Origin: Chloroflexota bacterium
Lineage (GTDB): Bacteria; Chloroflexota; Dehalococcoidia; Lucifugimonadales; Lucifugimonadaceae
Reading direction: 5' to 3'
Assembly (NCBI GenBank): GCA_002708145.1
Contig: PAOV01000017.1
Location: 51,398-93,584 of the forward strand
DNA length: 42,187 nucleotides
The first letter of the stretch is position 1. Each line of letters begins with the position of its first letter. The notes beneath the pieces are model-generated. The model had not been told where the DNA came from. It was given only the letters and a program-made list of their open reading frames with translations, and ran no database searches. This document shows positions 1 through 9,191 of the stretch, one piece after another. A program made the position numbers and the translations under genes.

Positions 1-819
1 TTTACCAGGCATACCTATCAACACCGCCATACCACCAATATTTTCAGCTCCTGCCCCTCCACCTCGTGTTGCAGGAAGTATTTGTTCATTAGTAATTTTT
101 AACCCAATTGCATCAAAACAATAATCAGCCCCTCCGTTTGTAATTTCGATTATTTTTTTCACTGGGTCATGTTTTTTTGCATTTATCGTATGTGTTGCCC
201 CAAACTGCTTAGCAAAATCTAATTTCGAATCATCTAAATCTACTGCTATAATTGGATATGCTTCTAATATTGAAGCCATTTGTATAGCTGAAATTCCAAC
301 TCCCCCAACACCAAAAACTGCTACTGATTCTTCAGGCCTTACTTTCGCAGTATGTGTAACAGCTCCAGCACCAGTTAATACTGCACACCCAACTATAGAA
401 GTGACATCTTTTGGAGCATTATCTATAACTTTCACAACATATCCACCCCAGACAATTACATCTTCAGCCCATGTTGCTGTAGCCCCATTTAGCTGCTCTC
501 CATTCCAAGTTGCTCCCCCTGGAGGAGGGAACCATCGGCCTGGAATAGGTTCTCTGGGTACCCAAGTAACTATTGCAGCATCTCCCTCTTTTACATGAGT
601 AACTGATTTACCAACAGTCATGACAATACCAAATCCTTCATGTCCCAATAATGTCGGAGTAGGAGTTTCAATATTATTCATTTGATGTAATTGAGAATGA
701 CAAACTCCACTTGAAAAAAGCTTTACAACTACCTGATTATCCTTTGGACTTGGAATATTAATTTCATCAATAACTAACTTTTTATTATGTTCGGTGTAAA
801 TAGCGGCTCTACTTTTCAT
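1..819 (-). CDS. Zn-dependent alcohol dehydrogenase, MDR family. Partial: the C-terminus runs off the left edge of the window.
   Basis: The minus-strand frame is open from ATG (817-819) to the window edge. It is missing from the supplied track because there is no in-window stop. My translation reads MKSRAAIYTEHNKKLVIDEINIPSPKDNQVVVKLFSSGVCHSQLH..LLGHEGFGIVMTVG..VFGVGGVGISAIQMA. This shows the Cys/His and GHE catalytic-zinc motifs and a GxGxxG Rossmann motif. A GGAGAAG Shine-Dalgarno-like sequence lies upstream. Confidence 0.85.
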   Translation of the reverse strand, partial: MKSRAAIYTEHNKKLVIDEINIPSPKDNQVVVKLFSSGVCHSQLHQMNNIETPTPTLLGHEGFGIVMTVGKSVTHVKEGDAAIVTWVPREPIPGRWFPPPGGATWNGEQLNGATATWAEDVIVWGGYVVKVIDNAPKDVTSIVGCAVLTGAGAVTHTAKVRPEESVAVFGVGGVGISAIQMASILEAYPIIAVDLDDSKLDFAKQFGATHTINAKKHDPVKKIIEITNGGADYCFDAIGLKITNEQILPATRGGGAGAENIGGMAVLIGMPGK

Positions 820-922
820 CTAGTCTTCTCCATATAGTAAAAATTATAATTCTCAAATTCAGTCTAGCACGTAAAAATTAATAATATAAGAACAGGAAAT
901 TATTAAGAATTCAAAAATAAAC

Positions 923-952
923 TTGAAACAATTAGAACTTATGTTCTATAAT
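923..952 (+). promoter_or_regulatory. Candidate sigma-70-type promoter TTGAAA-18 nt-TATAAT for the downstream Cys4+HTH gene
   Basis: The -35 TTGAAA is at 923-928 and the -10 TATAAT is at 947-952, with an 18-nt spacer. The -10 overlaps the first ATG of the ORF (951), so the real start is probably ATG 963 with a very short or absent leader. The AT-rich background makes chance hits common. Confidence 0.4.
934..947. promoter_or_regulatory. Perfect inverted repeat AGAAC-TTAT-GTTCT, a GAAC-N4-GTTC LexA/DinR 'Cheo box'-type operator candidate
   Basis: The sequence AGAACTTATGTTCT, read directly, has 5-bp perfect palindromic arms around a 4-bp spacer. It sits in the promoter spacer, and its last T is the first base of the -10 hexamer. 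A one-mismatch copy occupies the same register at the recA promoter (26744-26757). Confidence 0.45.
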
Positions 953-1349
953 GTATATATCTATGTTATTGAAGACGCAAAAAAATAAAAATGATTTGGT
1001 TATAATAAGGGAAGATTCTCTTCCAGATAATTATAAATATACTGATGAAGGATGTGATGTTTCTCCATCATGTCTTAATTGTAAATTGTCATTTTGTAAA
1101 TATGACGATAAGAATAATAATAAAAAATATAATATGATTCAAAGAAACAAAGAAATTATTTTGATGAGAAAACAGGGTCAATCGATTGAAGAGATTGCTA
1201 GTTTATATAAATTAAGTACAAGAACAGTTCGTCGAGTTCTTAAAATGGATTTAAGTAATATGAATGTTGGTCATAAAGTGTATGATACTCAAAATATTAT
1301 AAAAAAAATAATTAAGCGACGGAAACCGTTACCATCAATTAAGTATTAG
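951..1349 (+). CDS. Small uncharacterised DNA-binding protein with an N-terminal C-x5-C-x2-C-x4-C cluster and a C-terminal helix-turn-helix. The start is possibly ATG 963.
   Basis: The ORF track gives 132 aa. The Cys cluster EGCDVSPSCLNCKLSFC covers residues 35-49. RNKEIILMRKQGQSIEEIASLYKLSTRTVRRVLK resembles resolvase/sigma-70 region-4-type HTH segments, and the tail is basic. I do not recognise a specific family. Confidence 0.6.
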   Translation: MYISMLLKTQKNKNDLVIIREDSLPDNYKYTDEGCDVSPSCLNCKLSFCKYDDKNNNKKYNMIQRNKEIILMRKQGQSIEEIASLYKLSTRTVRRVLKMDLSNMNVGHKVYDTQNIIKKIIKRRKPLPSIKY

Positions 1350-2029
1350 TTTATCTCTCCAGTTACCTGAAAAAGCGATCTTTCCGCAATATTTTTTGAA
1401 CGATCGGCTATTCTTTCTAGATTATGGGCTGCCCACATCAAATAGGTGGCTTGCTCTCCGCCTTCAGATGAGTCAGATTTAATTGTATTTAGTAATTCTT
1501 TCTGGACCTGTTTATGCATTGAGTTAATTTCTTTATCTTTAGCTCTTAGTTCTTCAAGTATTTCACTGCAAAGCGAAAAGTCTCTTAATGTGTATGATTC
1601 TAACGACCTAGATAGCATGCCTACAGAATTTTCAGCCATTTTTGGAATTAGGACTAATTCATTGATTGGAATCAAATTTCCCATAGTAATACTGATTTTT
1701 GCTATACCTTCAGCATAATCGCCAATTCTTTCGAGCTCATCTACTATCTGTAAAGCAGAAACAATTCTTCTAAGATCTGAAGCTAATGGTGCTTCTTTTC
1801 TTATTAGTTCTACGCATAAAACTTGAATTTGTGTTTCTAATTCATCTATATTATCATCATCTTTTATAACTTCTTTCGATTGTTCGATATTTCTAGTTTT
1901 TAAGGAATTTATGGATTTGTTGATTGCTTGAATAACTAAATCTCCTAGTAGCAATATATCTGCCTGTAACTTATTTAAGCTTGTCTCAAAACCTTGGCGT
2001 GCATAATTTAGATCGCGATTATCAGGCAT
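1346..2029 (-). CDS. phoU: Phosphate signalling/transport accessory protein PhoU
   Basis: The protein is 227 aa with two PhoU-type helical repeats (E..ID..E and LERIGDYA / LERIADRS motifs). It starts 4 nt downstream of pstB. Confidence 0.9.
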   Translation of the reverse strand: MPDNRDLNYARQGFETSLNKLQADILLLGDLVIQAINKSINSLKTRNIEQSKEVIKDDDNIDELETQIQVLCVELIRKEAPLASDLRRIVSALQIVDELERIGDYAEGIAKISITMGNLIPINELVLIPKMAENSVGMLSRSLESYTLRDFSLCSEILEELRAKDKEINSMHKQVQKELLNTIKSDSSEGGEQATYLMWAAHNLERIADRSKNIAERSLFQVTGEIN

Positions 2030-2033
2030 GATT

Positions 2034-2867
2034 TTATCCTATTCTTCCTGTGACGTAAGCTTCAGTTCTTTCGTCCTTAGGATTCCCGAATACTTGCTCA
2101 TTTGTACCATATTCTATGAGCCTGCCAATCCTCTCTTCTCCAGCAAGCATAAACGCAGCGTAATCAGATATTCTAGTAGCTTGTTGCATATTATGTGTAA
2201 CTATGAGTATAGTTACATCAGAAGATAATTCTAATATCAAGTCTTCAATAGATTGGGTGGATATTGGATCTAATGCTGAAGCTGGTTCATCCATTAGTAT
2301 TACCTCTGGGTTGACTGCTAATGCTCTAGCTATACATATTCTTTGCTGTTGACCACCAGAAATACTTAATGCACTTTCATTTAGTCTATCTTTTACTTCA
2401 TCCCAAACTGCAGCTCTTTTTAGAGAATTTTCAACTACCTCATCTAAGTTATCAGTTATGCCATTAATTTTTGGTCCAAATGCTATATTCTCATAAATGC
2501 TTTTAGGGAAAGGATTTGGCCTCTGAAAAACCATTCCTATTCTAAATCTTATTTCAGTTGGGTCAACATCATCAGAATAAATTTCATTTTGATAAAACTT
2601 TACGCTTCCATTAACCCTAGCCTGTGGTATGAGATCGTTCATACGATTAAAGCATCTTAGTAAGGTACTCTTACCACATCCAGAGGGTCCGATTAAGGAA
2701 ACTATACTATTTTTCGGTATACCCATACTAACATTTTCAATTGCAGTGGCATCTCCATAATTTACTGATAATTTTTCACATTCAAGTATATTATTTGAAT
2801 TATCAAATTTAATTATATTTTTGCTATTTCCGGAAGAAGCAATTTTTTGATCATCAATTTTATTCAC
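2034..2867 (-). CDS. pstB: Phosphate ABC transporter ATP-binding protein PstB
   Basis: It has Walker [10 protein letters not shown], the PstB-typical [19 protein letters not shown], the ABC signature [13 protein letters not shown] and Walker B ILMDEP. The start codon is GTG. Confidence 0.93.
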   Translation of the reverse strand: MNKIDDQKIASSGNSKNIIKFDNSNNILECEKLSVNYGDATAIENVSMGIPKNSIVSLIGPSGCGKSTLLRCFNRMNDLIPQARVNGSVKFYQNEIYSDDVDPTEIRFRIGMVFQRPNPFPKSIYENIAFGPKINGITDNLDEVVENSLKRAAVWDEVKDRLNESALSISGGQQQRICIARALAVNPEVILMDEPASALDPISTQSIEDLILELSSDVTILIVTHNMQQATRISDYAAFMLAGEERIGRLIEYGTNEQVFGNPKDERTEAYVTGRIG

Positions 2868-2990
2868 TAATTTTTGCTCACTTATATCATATTATTTTTC
2901 TCATAATAAAATAAAAATATTAAATTTACATTAAAGCATTATCAGATATTTTCTTGCTTCATATGTAATATTTATCATAACATATATATT

Positions 2991-4124
2991 ATGGAAAATT
3001 TTCAATTGAAAGAAAAACTTAATATTCCTTCCATCCTAAATTTACAAAAAGAGGAATTAATTAAACTTATTGTAAAATCTGGTGAAAAACCATATAGAGC
3101 TGAGCAGCTATGGAGATCAATATATAAAGAATGTAATTTAGATTTTTCAGAAATAACCACTTTGTCTAAGGACTTTAGAAGTAAATTAGAAAAACAATTT
3201 AGAATTAGCACACTTGAAAAAAAAATTCATCTAGATTCAAGTGATTCTTCTACAACCAAGCTTTTGTTCCGTCTAGATGATGGAGAGCTCATAGAAAGTG
3301 TGCTGATGAGGTATAATTCAGATTATGGCAAAAAAGGTAGAAAAACTGCTTGTATTTCAACTCAGGCAGGATGCGCTCTTGGCTGTACTTTTTGTGCTAC
3401 AGGGCAGCAAGGCTTTAGAAGGAATTTATCTTCAGGTGAAATTATTGAACAAGTTTTACAACTTCAAAAAATAGCTATTCAAGAAGATTTATCAGAACTG
3501 GAAGAAGGGAAGCGTAAAAAAGGCGAGATACAAGGAATAACCAACATTGTATACATGGGAATGGGAGAGCCATTAGCAAACTATAATAATACTATTTTAT
3601 CTCTAAGAAGTATTATTGATAATACCGGAATTAACATTGGTTCAAGGCATATAACCATATCGACTGTGGGGCTTGTACCACAGATTAAGAAATTAGCGGA
3701 TGAAAAATTACAAATTAATTTAGCTATTTCACTGCATGCTTCTGATAATAAGACAAGATCAGAAACTATGCCAGTGAATAAGAGGTTTCCAATTGAAGAA
3801 CTCTTAGACATATGCCATTATTATGTAGAAAAAACAAATAGAAGAATATTTTTTGAATATGTGTTGCTCAAAAATCAAAATGATTCACTTGAAAAAGCTG
3901 AAAAACTTGGAAAATTACTAAATGGTCTACATTGTCATGTAAACCTAATTCCTGTAAATCCTACATCCAATGGTGGATACTTAAGAACAGATGATCAAGA
4001 AAATAGACTATTTCAAGGAGTATTGAAGAGATTCGGGATTCCTTCAACAATACGAGTTGAAAAGGGTATAGATATTAATGCTGGTTGCGGGCAATTGAGA
4101 GAAAGAACGCTTTCAACAAACTAA
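2991..4124 (+). CDS. rlmN: 23S rRNA/tRNA adenine-C2 methyltransferase RlmN (radical SAM)
   Basis: The N-terminus PYRAEQLWRSIY, the radical-SAM cluster CALGCTFCATGQ, MGMGEPLAN and the C-terminal GCGQL are all typical of RlmN/Cfr. Confidence 0.93.
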   Translation: MENFQLKEKLNIPSILNLQKEELIKLIVKSGEKPYRAEQLWRSIYKECNLDFSEITTLSKDFRSKLEKQFRISTLEKKIHLDSSDSSTTKLLFRLDDGELIESVLMRYNSDYGKKGRKTACISTQAGCALGCTFCATGQQGFRRNLSSGEIIEQVLQLQKIAIQEDLSELEEGKRKKGEIQGITNIVYMGMGEPLANYNNTILSLRSIIDNTGINIGSRHITISTVGLVPQIKKLADEKLQINLAISLHASDNKTRSETMPVNKRFPIEELLDICHYYVEKTNRRIFFEYVLLKNQNDSLEKAEKLGKLLNGLHCHVNLIPVNPTSNGGYLRTDDQENRLFQGVLKRFGIPSTIRVEKGIDINAGCGQLRERTLSTN

Positions 4125-4181
4125 TTTTTTTAGTAGAATAATTTTGCATATATATCTGAATGTATACAAAAATAATTATCT

Positions 4182-5300
4182 ATGAAATCACCGGAAGTTT
4201 ATAAAAAATTGGGTATTGAGCCAGTAATAAATGCTCAAAGCTGGGTAACAGTACTTGGTGGCTCACTAATGAAACCAGAAGTTTTATCAGCAATGAATGA
4301 AGCCTCATCTGTTTTTGTAGATATGATAAAACTTAATAAATCTGCAGGTGATTTTATCGCTAAAATATGTAATGCAGAAAAAGGTTTGGTGACTTCTGGA
4401 TGTGCTGCAGCTCAAGTACTAATGGTTGCTGCTTGTATGACTGGTAAAGATGAAAGTAAAATAGATCTTTTACCAAGCTCTTCTTTGGTAAAAAATCAAG
4501 TATTGTTACACTCTATGCAAAGAAATCGTTATGAAAAATCCTTTGTAATGCCTGGTGCTAAAATCGTCGAATATTCTTCAGAGGAAGAATTAAATGAATT
4601 GATTTCTGATAAAACAGCCTGTATTGCATATGTTATGGCACCATGGTTAAGTAGGGGTTTAGGTTTATTGAAAACTATAAAAGTAGCTCAAAAAAATAAT
4701 GTTCCAATTATTTTAGACGCAGCAGCAGAATTACCTCCTAGAGAAAACTTATCTAAATTTATTGATATGGGGGTTGATTTAGTTGCTTTTAGTGGTGGAA
4801 AAGGAATTCAAGGACCTCAATCAACAGGATTTTTGGTAGGGGGAAAAGAATTAGTTGAGGCTGCATTCATGAATTCGCTTAACCTTCATTCTAATTTAGC
4901 TGCAATAGGAAGACCTATGAAAGTTTCTAAGGAAAATATTATAGGATTAATTACTGCTTTACAATTGTTTATAGATGAAGATGAATCGATGGAATGGGGT
5001 AACTGGCTAGATAAATCAAAAAAAATTAAAATTTCACTTCAAGATATCCAAGAAATCGAGGTTACTATAGAAGATGACAAGCAAATTAGGCAAGGCCCAA
5101 CAGTAGTTATAAGATTTAATGAAAATTATAAGGGGCCGACTTTAGAAAAAATTCTATTTGAACTAGAAAATGGTACACCAAATATTTTTGTTTCAACTCA
5201 ACCAAATATCAAGGAAATAAGTCTTGTGATGGTCAATTTGCAAGATGGAGAAGAGATTATTGTTGCGGAAAGACTAAAACAAATTTTAGGTAATATTTAA
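4182..5300 (+). CDS. SelA-like / DgaE-like fold-type I PLP-dependent enzyme; substrate unknown
   Basis: The protein is 372 aa. The FSGGKGIQGPQSTG motif resembles the PLP-lysine loop of the SelA/DgaE family (FSGDK..GGPQ.G), and the N-terminus has GIEPVINA. Confidence 0.7.
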   Translation: MKSPEVYKKLGIEPVINAQSWVTVLGGSLMKPEVLSAMNEASSVFVDMIKLNKSAGDFIAKICNAEKGLVTSGCAAAQVLMVAACMTGKDESKIDLLPSSSLVKNQVLLHSMQRNRYEKSFVMPGAKIVEYSSEEELNELISDKTACIAYVMAPWLSRGLGLLKTIKVAQKNNVPIILDAAAELPPRENLSKFIDMGVDLVAFSGGKGIQGPQSTGFLVGGKELVEAAFMNSLNLHSNLAAIGRPMKVSKENIIGLITALQLFIDEDESMEWGNWLDKSKKIKISLQDIQEIEVTIEDDKQIRQGPTVVIRFNENYKGPTLEKILFELENGTPNIFVSTQPNIKEISLVMVNLQDGEEIIVAERLKQILGNI

Positions 5301-8203
5301 TCATCTATAGCTTCTGCTAAAACTTCTGGTAAAAATTTTGCGTCCCGTGAAGTACCATCAATAATTTGTTGTTTACATGAAACTCCAGTAATAACTACCG
5401 AATCATTCTCATCGCTTTTTTCAATAGCTGGAAATAATCTTTCCTCTGCCATTTTTATGGATATATTATAATTTTTCTTCTCAAATCCAAATGAACCAGC
5501 CATACCACAACATCCAGCATCAATAATTTTGGCATTGAAATTTTTTGGTAGGTTTAAGGCTAATTCAGTAGCTTTTGATCCTACTAATGCTTTTTGATGA
5601 CAATGTAGTTGAATATTTATATTTGATTTTTTTTCATTCCACTTAATTTGTTCTTTTCCATCATCTAGAGTATTAGCTATAATCTCTTCAATCATAAATG
5701 TATTATCTGAAACTTTTATCGCTTTTTTATTTTGATTAAGTAAATCAGGGTACTCATCCTTTAATGTCATCATGCAACTAGATTCAGATCCAACAATTTT
5801 GTACCCTTTTTCTACATATTGATATAAAAGGTCAACATTAAATTTAGCATTTTTTGCTGCTTGGTCTAATAACCCTTTTGAAATCATTGGCCTTCCACAA
5901 CATTTTCTTTCTAAAATTTCTATCTCATAACCTAAATTTTCTAAAATTTTAGTTGCAGCTATACCAGATTCAGGGTGGTTGAAATTCATATATGTATCAT
6001 GAAACAAGATGATTTTTCCTCTTGAATTCGAAGATATAGATTTATGTTTACGGAACCATTTTTCAAAAGTAAAATTAGATAGTGCGGGCAAAGGTCTACG
6101 TATATCAAATCCGAAAACTTTTTCGTTAATTTGTCTAAAAAAATAAGATTTAAAAATTAAGTTTGTAATGTATGAAAATTTTGAGCCTAAAGAATTTAGA
6201 AGATGTATATTACCTATAATTTTTGAAGCAATTGGTGTCCCATGTTTTTTATTATAGTTATACAAAAATTCTGATTTAATTTTTGCCATATCTACATTCG
6301 ATGGACACTCAGACTTACAAGACTTACATTCAACACATAAACTGAGAACATTAAAAAGTTCTTTTGAATGAAATTTTTCATGAGGAAGCTTACCGGTAAT
6401 AATACTTCTAAGTACATTTGCCCTACCTCTAGTTGAGTGCATTTCTTCTCTTGTAGCTTGATATGAAGGGCACATTGATCCAGCTTTTAGTTTTCTACAA
6501 GCTCCAACTCCAGTGCAATTTTCAATAGCTGAAGAAAACCCTCCCTCTTTGCTCCAATCGTATTTTGTATTGATATCAATAGTTTTGTATTTTTCGCCAT
6601 ATCTTAGATTTTCTGTAAGAGGTGTAGTATCAAAAATTTTTTTTGGATTCATTATTCCCTTAGGATCAAAAGTAGATTTTACTTCTCTAAAGTGGTTAAC
6701 TAAATCTTTACCAAACATTTTTTCAGCCCAAGCTCCACGAACAATTCCGTCTCCATGTTCTCCACTAAGTGAGCCTCCAAACTCTAAAACTAGATCTGAT
6801 ACTTCATCAGAAATTTTTTCCATAGTTTTTATGCCTTCTTTATCCTTCAAATTAACAACAGGTCTTATATGCAAACATCCAACTGATGCGTGGCCATAAT
6901 ACCCGGCTTCTGTGTTATTTGATCGGACAATTTCATCGAAACGTCGAACATATTCAGGTAGCTTTTCTGGAGACACTGCTGTATCCTCGACAAATGCTGC
7001 TGGCTTTGCATCACCAGGTATATTCATTAGTAGACCTAATCCTGCCTGTCTCATTCCCCACACTTGATTTTGTTCAGAGGAGTTGAATAACTTAGTAGCA
7101 GCATAAGGTTTTCCATCTTTCTTCATTCTTTCGTCTAATTTTTTAATTTTATCTTCCACTTCTTGTTTGGAATCACCAGTCATTTCAACTACTAAAATAT
7201 CGGATGGTTTTCCATCAAGAAATGTTAAATTTCTTGAAAAACCTAAAGATTCTCTTGCCTGACGAATTATCATTTCTCCTATATGCTCAACCGCTGCTGG
7301 ATTTTCTTCTAATGTTGCAACTGTAGCTTCCATAGCTGAATTTATATCATTGAAATGTAGTACTGAAAGAGCTTTAAATTTCGGTATTTCTTCAATTTTT
7401 ACTTTTGCTTTTGTAATTGCAGCGAGTGTTCCCTCTGAGCCAACCATTATTTTTGATAAATTTAAATTGTTAGTTGCTTGAATAAGGTCTAAGTTATAAC
7501 CTCCAACTCTTCTAAGAACTTTTGAAAATCTTTTTTCTACTTCTGAGGATGAATTTTTTGCTATATTAATTAGATTTTTATATATATTGCCTTCAAATGA
7601 ATTTGATTTAGATTTGATTATTACTTCTTCAAAATCTAATTCTCGGAAATCTGCATTAGACCCATCAGATAAAATCACTTCCATATCTATAATTTGATCG
7701 ACAGTTTTCCCATAAACTACGGAATGAGCTCCACATGAATTATTCCCAAGGGCACCTCCAACGTTAGCGCGTGAAGTTGTGCTAGGGTCAGGCGTGAAGA
7801 AAAGATTATATTTCCTAAGTTGACTATTTAGTTGGTCGATTGTTATGCCAGGTTGTGTTCTCACCCATTTTTCTTCTGGGTTTATTTCAATTATTTTATG
7901 CATATATTTTGAAAAATCTATAACTATAGAATGATTCACAGTTTGACCTGAAAGCCCCGTTCCTCCACCCCTAGGAAGAATACTTACATTATTTTTATAG
8001 GCGATTTTAATTATGTTAGAAACATCTTCATTTGTGTGTGGTAATACAACTCCAATTGGTTCCATAGAGTATATGGATGCATCAGTAGAGTACATTTTTT
8101 TAGTGATTTCATCGAACCTAACTTCACCAGAAATATTTTTTTTCAGATCGTTTTCTAAGTCTGTATAAGAAGAATTAATTTTTCTATTTAATGTACTTAC
8201 CAT
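5297..8203 (-). CDS. Fused FAD-linked oxidase (GlcD-like) and Fe-S/CCG-domain (GlcF-like) oxidoreductase, YdiJ-like 2-hydroxyacid dehydrogenase candidate
   Basis: The protein is 968 aa. The N-terminal FAD-binding PCMH-type region has ILPRGGGTGLSGQ. The middle has the 4Fe-4S motifs CTGVGACRK and CVECKSCKSECP. The C-terminus has cysteine-rich CCG repeats (KCCGRP, AGCCGMAGSFG). Confidence 0.85.
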   Translation of the reverse strand: MVSTLNRKINSSYTDLENDLKKNISGEVRFDEITKKMYSTDASIYSMEPIGVVLPHTNEDVSNIIKIAYKNNVSILPRGGGTGLSGQTVNHSIVIDFSKYMHKIIEINPEEKWVRTQPGITIDQLNSQLRKYNLFFTPDPSTTSRANVGGALGNNSCGAHSVVYGKTVDQIIDMEVILSDGSNADFRELDFEEVIIKSKSNSFEGNIYKNLINIAKNSSSEVEKRFSKVLRRVGGYNLDLIQATNNLNLSKIMVGSEGTLAAITKAKVKIEEIPKFKALSVLHFNDINSAMEATVATLEENPAAVEHIGEMIIRQARESLGFSRNLTFLDGKPSDILVVEMTGDSKQEVEDKIKKLDERMKKDGKPYAATKLFNSSEQNQVWGMRQAGLGLLMNIPGDAKPAAFVEDTAVSPEKLPEYVRRFDEIVRSNNTEAGYYGHASVGCLHIRPVVNLKDKEGIKTMEKISDEVSDLVLEFGGSLSGEHGDGIVRGAWAEKMFGKDLVNHFREVKSTFDPKGIMNPKKIFDTTPLTENLRYGEKYKTIDINTKYDWSKEGGFSSAIENCTGVGACRKLKAGSMCPSYQATREEMHSTRGRANVLRSIITGKLPHEKFHSKELFNVLSLCVECKSCKSECPSNVDMAKIKSEFLYNYNKKHGTPIASKIIGNIHLLNSLGSKFSYITNLIFKSYFFRQINEKVFGFDIRRPLPALSNFTFEKWFRKHKSISSNSRGKIILFHDTYMNFNHPESGIAATKILENLGYEIEILERKCCGRPMISKGLLDQAAKNAKFNVDLLYQYVEKGYKIVGSESSCMMTLKDEYPDLLNQNKKAIKVSDNTFMIEEIIANTLDDGKEQIKWNEKKSNINIQLHCHQKALVGSKATELALNLPKNFNAKIIDAGCCGMAGSFGFEKKNYNISIKMAEERLFPAIEKSDENDSVVITGVSCKQQIIDGTSRDAKFLPEVLAEAIDD

Positions 8204-8213
8204 TATTTTCTAA

Positions 8214-9155
8214 TCATTTATGGGCTTTTTCTGGTTTAACAAATGAAAATATAATACTACCCATTATAATTGAAATGATTATGCCTAAGGAAAGATATAC
8301 ATCACCTAATTCGCTAATTATGTGAAAATCATGTAATAAATATTCTACAATCATTTTGAGACCTATAAATCCTAAAATTAAAGCTAGTCCATACTGTAGA
8401 AATCTAAAAATATTTACCATTCCGGCTAATAGAAAATACAGTGGCCTCATCCCAAGTATAGCCATGGTATTAGAACTCCAGACAATAAAAGGGTCATCCG
8501 TGATGCCAAAAACAGTCGGAATAGAATCAATTGCAAAAATTATATCTGATGTTTCTAGTACAATTACAACCATTAAGAAAGGGGTAGCATATCGAACGTT
8601 CTTTATCTTAGTGAAAAATTTAGTCCCATGATATTCTTGAGTTACAGGCATTATTCTCTTAAATGCTTTTACTGCTAAACTCTTTGATGGGTCAACTTCA
8701 TGGTCACTAGTAAAAGCAAGTTTGTAAGCAGTATAAATTAAGAATCCACCTAAAATAAGTAGGAACCATGAAAATGCATTTATTGCCGCAACTCCTACAG
8801 TTATGAAGATAGCCCTAAAAATTAAAGCTCCTAATATTCCGTATAAAAGCCCTTTTGCCTCATATTTTTTTGGAAGCTTGAAATATTTAAATATCACTAT
8901 AAAAACAAATAAATTATCTAGGCTCAATGCTCTTTCTGCTACATAAGCTGTAGTATATTCAACGCCTAACCTTGTTGATCCAATCTCGAAGAAAATCCAT
9001 GCACCTACAGCTGCTGCCACACCTGTCCAAAAAAGAGTTCTGTACGCAGCTTCTTTCATACTTACTTCTTTTGTCTTACGAGAAACATACAGATCAATTA
9101 TCAATGCAATAACAAGTACTATATTAAAAATTATCCAATGTGAGAATGTTACCAA
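8214..9155 (-). CDS. TerC family integral membrane protein
   Basis: The protein is 313 aa and polytopic. TerC-type motifs are present: ERALSLDNLFVF and ETSDIIFAIDSIP. Confidence 0.85.
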   Translation of the reverse strand: MVTFSHWIIFNIVLVIALIIDLYVSRKTKEVSMKEAAYRTLFWTGVAAAVGAWIFFEIGSTRLGVEYTTAYVAERALSLDNLFVFIVIFKYFKLPKKYEAKGLLYGILGALIFRAIFITVGVAAINAFSWFLLILGGFLIYTAYKLAFTSDHEVDPSKSLAVKAFKRIMPVTQEYHGTKFFTKIKNVRYATPFLMVVIVLETSDIIFAIDSIPTVFGITDDPFIVWSSNTMAILGMRPLYFLLAGMVNIFRFLQYGLALILGFIGLKMIVEYLLHDFHIISELGDVYLSLGIIISIIMGSIIFSFVKPEKAHK

Positions 9156-9191
9156 TTTTTTTTCTTTTCCAGAATTTCTTGTAGTTTAAGA

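Noticed and set aside
951-1349. An IS1 InsA-like (zinc finger plus HTH) remnant or other mobile-element fragment.
   Set aside because: There is no adjacent transposase ORF, no inverted terminal repeats and no target duplication. The gene is tightly packed, overlapping the phoU stop, in a core-gene context. A WhiB-like assignment was also rejected because the Cys spacing differs and there is no G[VI]WGG turn.
4182-5300. A possible selenocysteine system, based on similarity to SelA.
   Set aside because: The protein is short (372 aa) and matches the broader SelA-like/DgaE PLP family. There is no selB, selD or tRNA-Sec, and no in-frame TGA-containing gene in the window.
9156-9191. A possible yybP-ykoY (Mn) riboswitch, which often precedes TerC-family genes.
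   Set aside because: Only 36 nt separate TerC from the upstream greA-like gene. This is far too short for the roughly 100-nt or longer riboswitch, and no conserved motif is visible.
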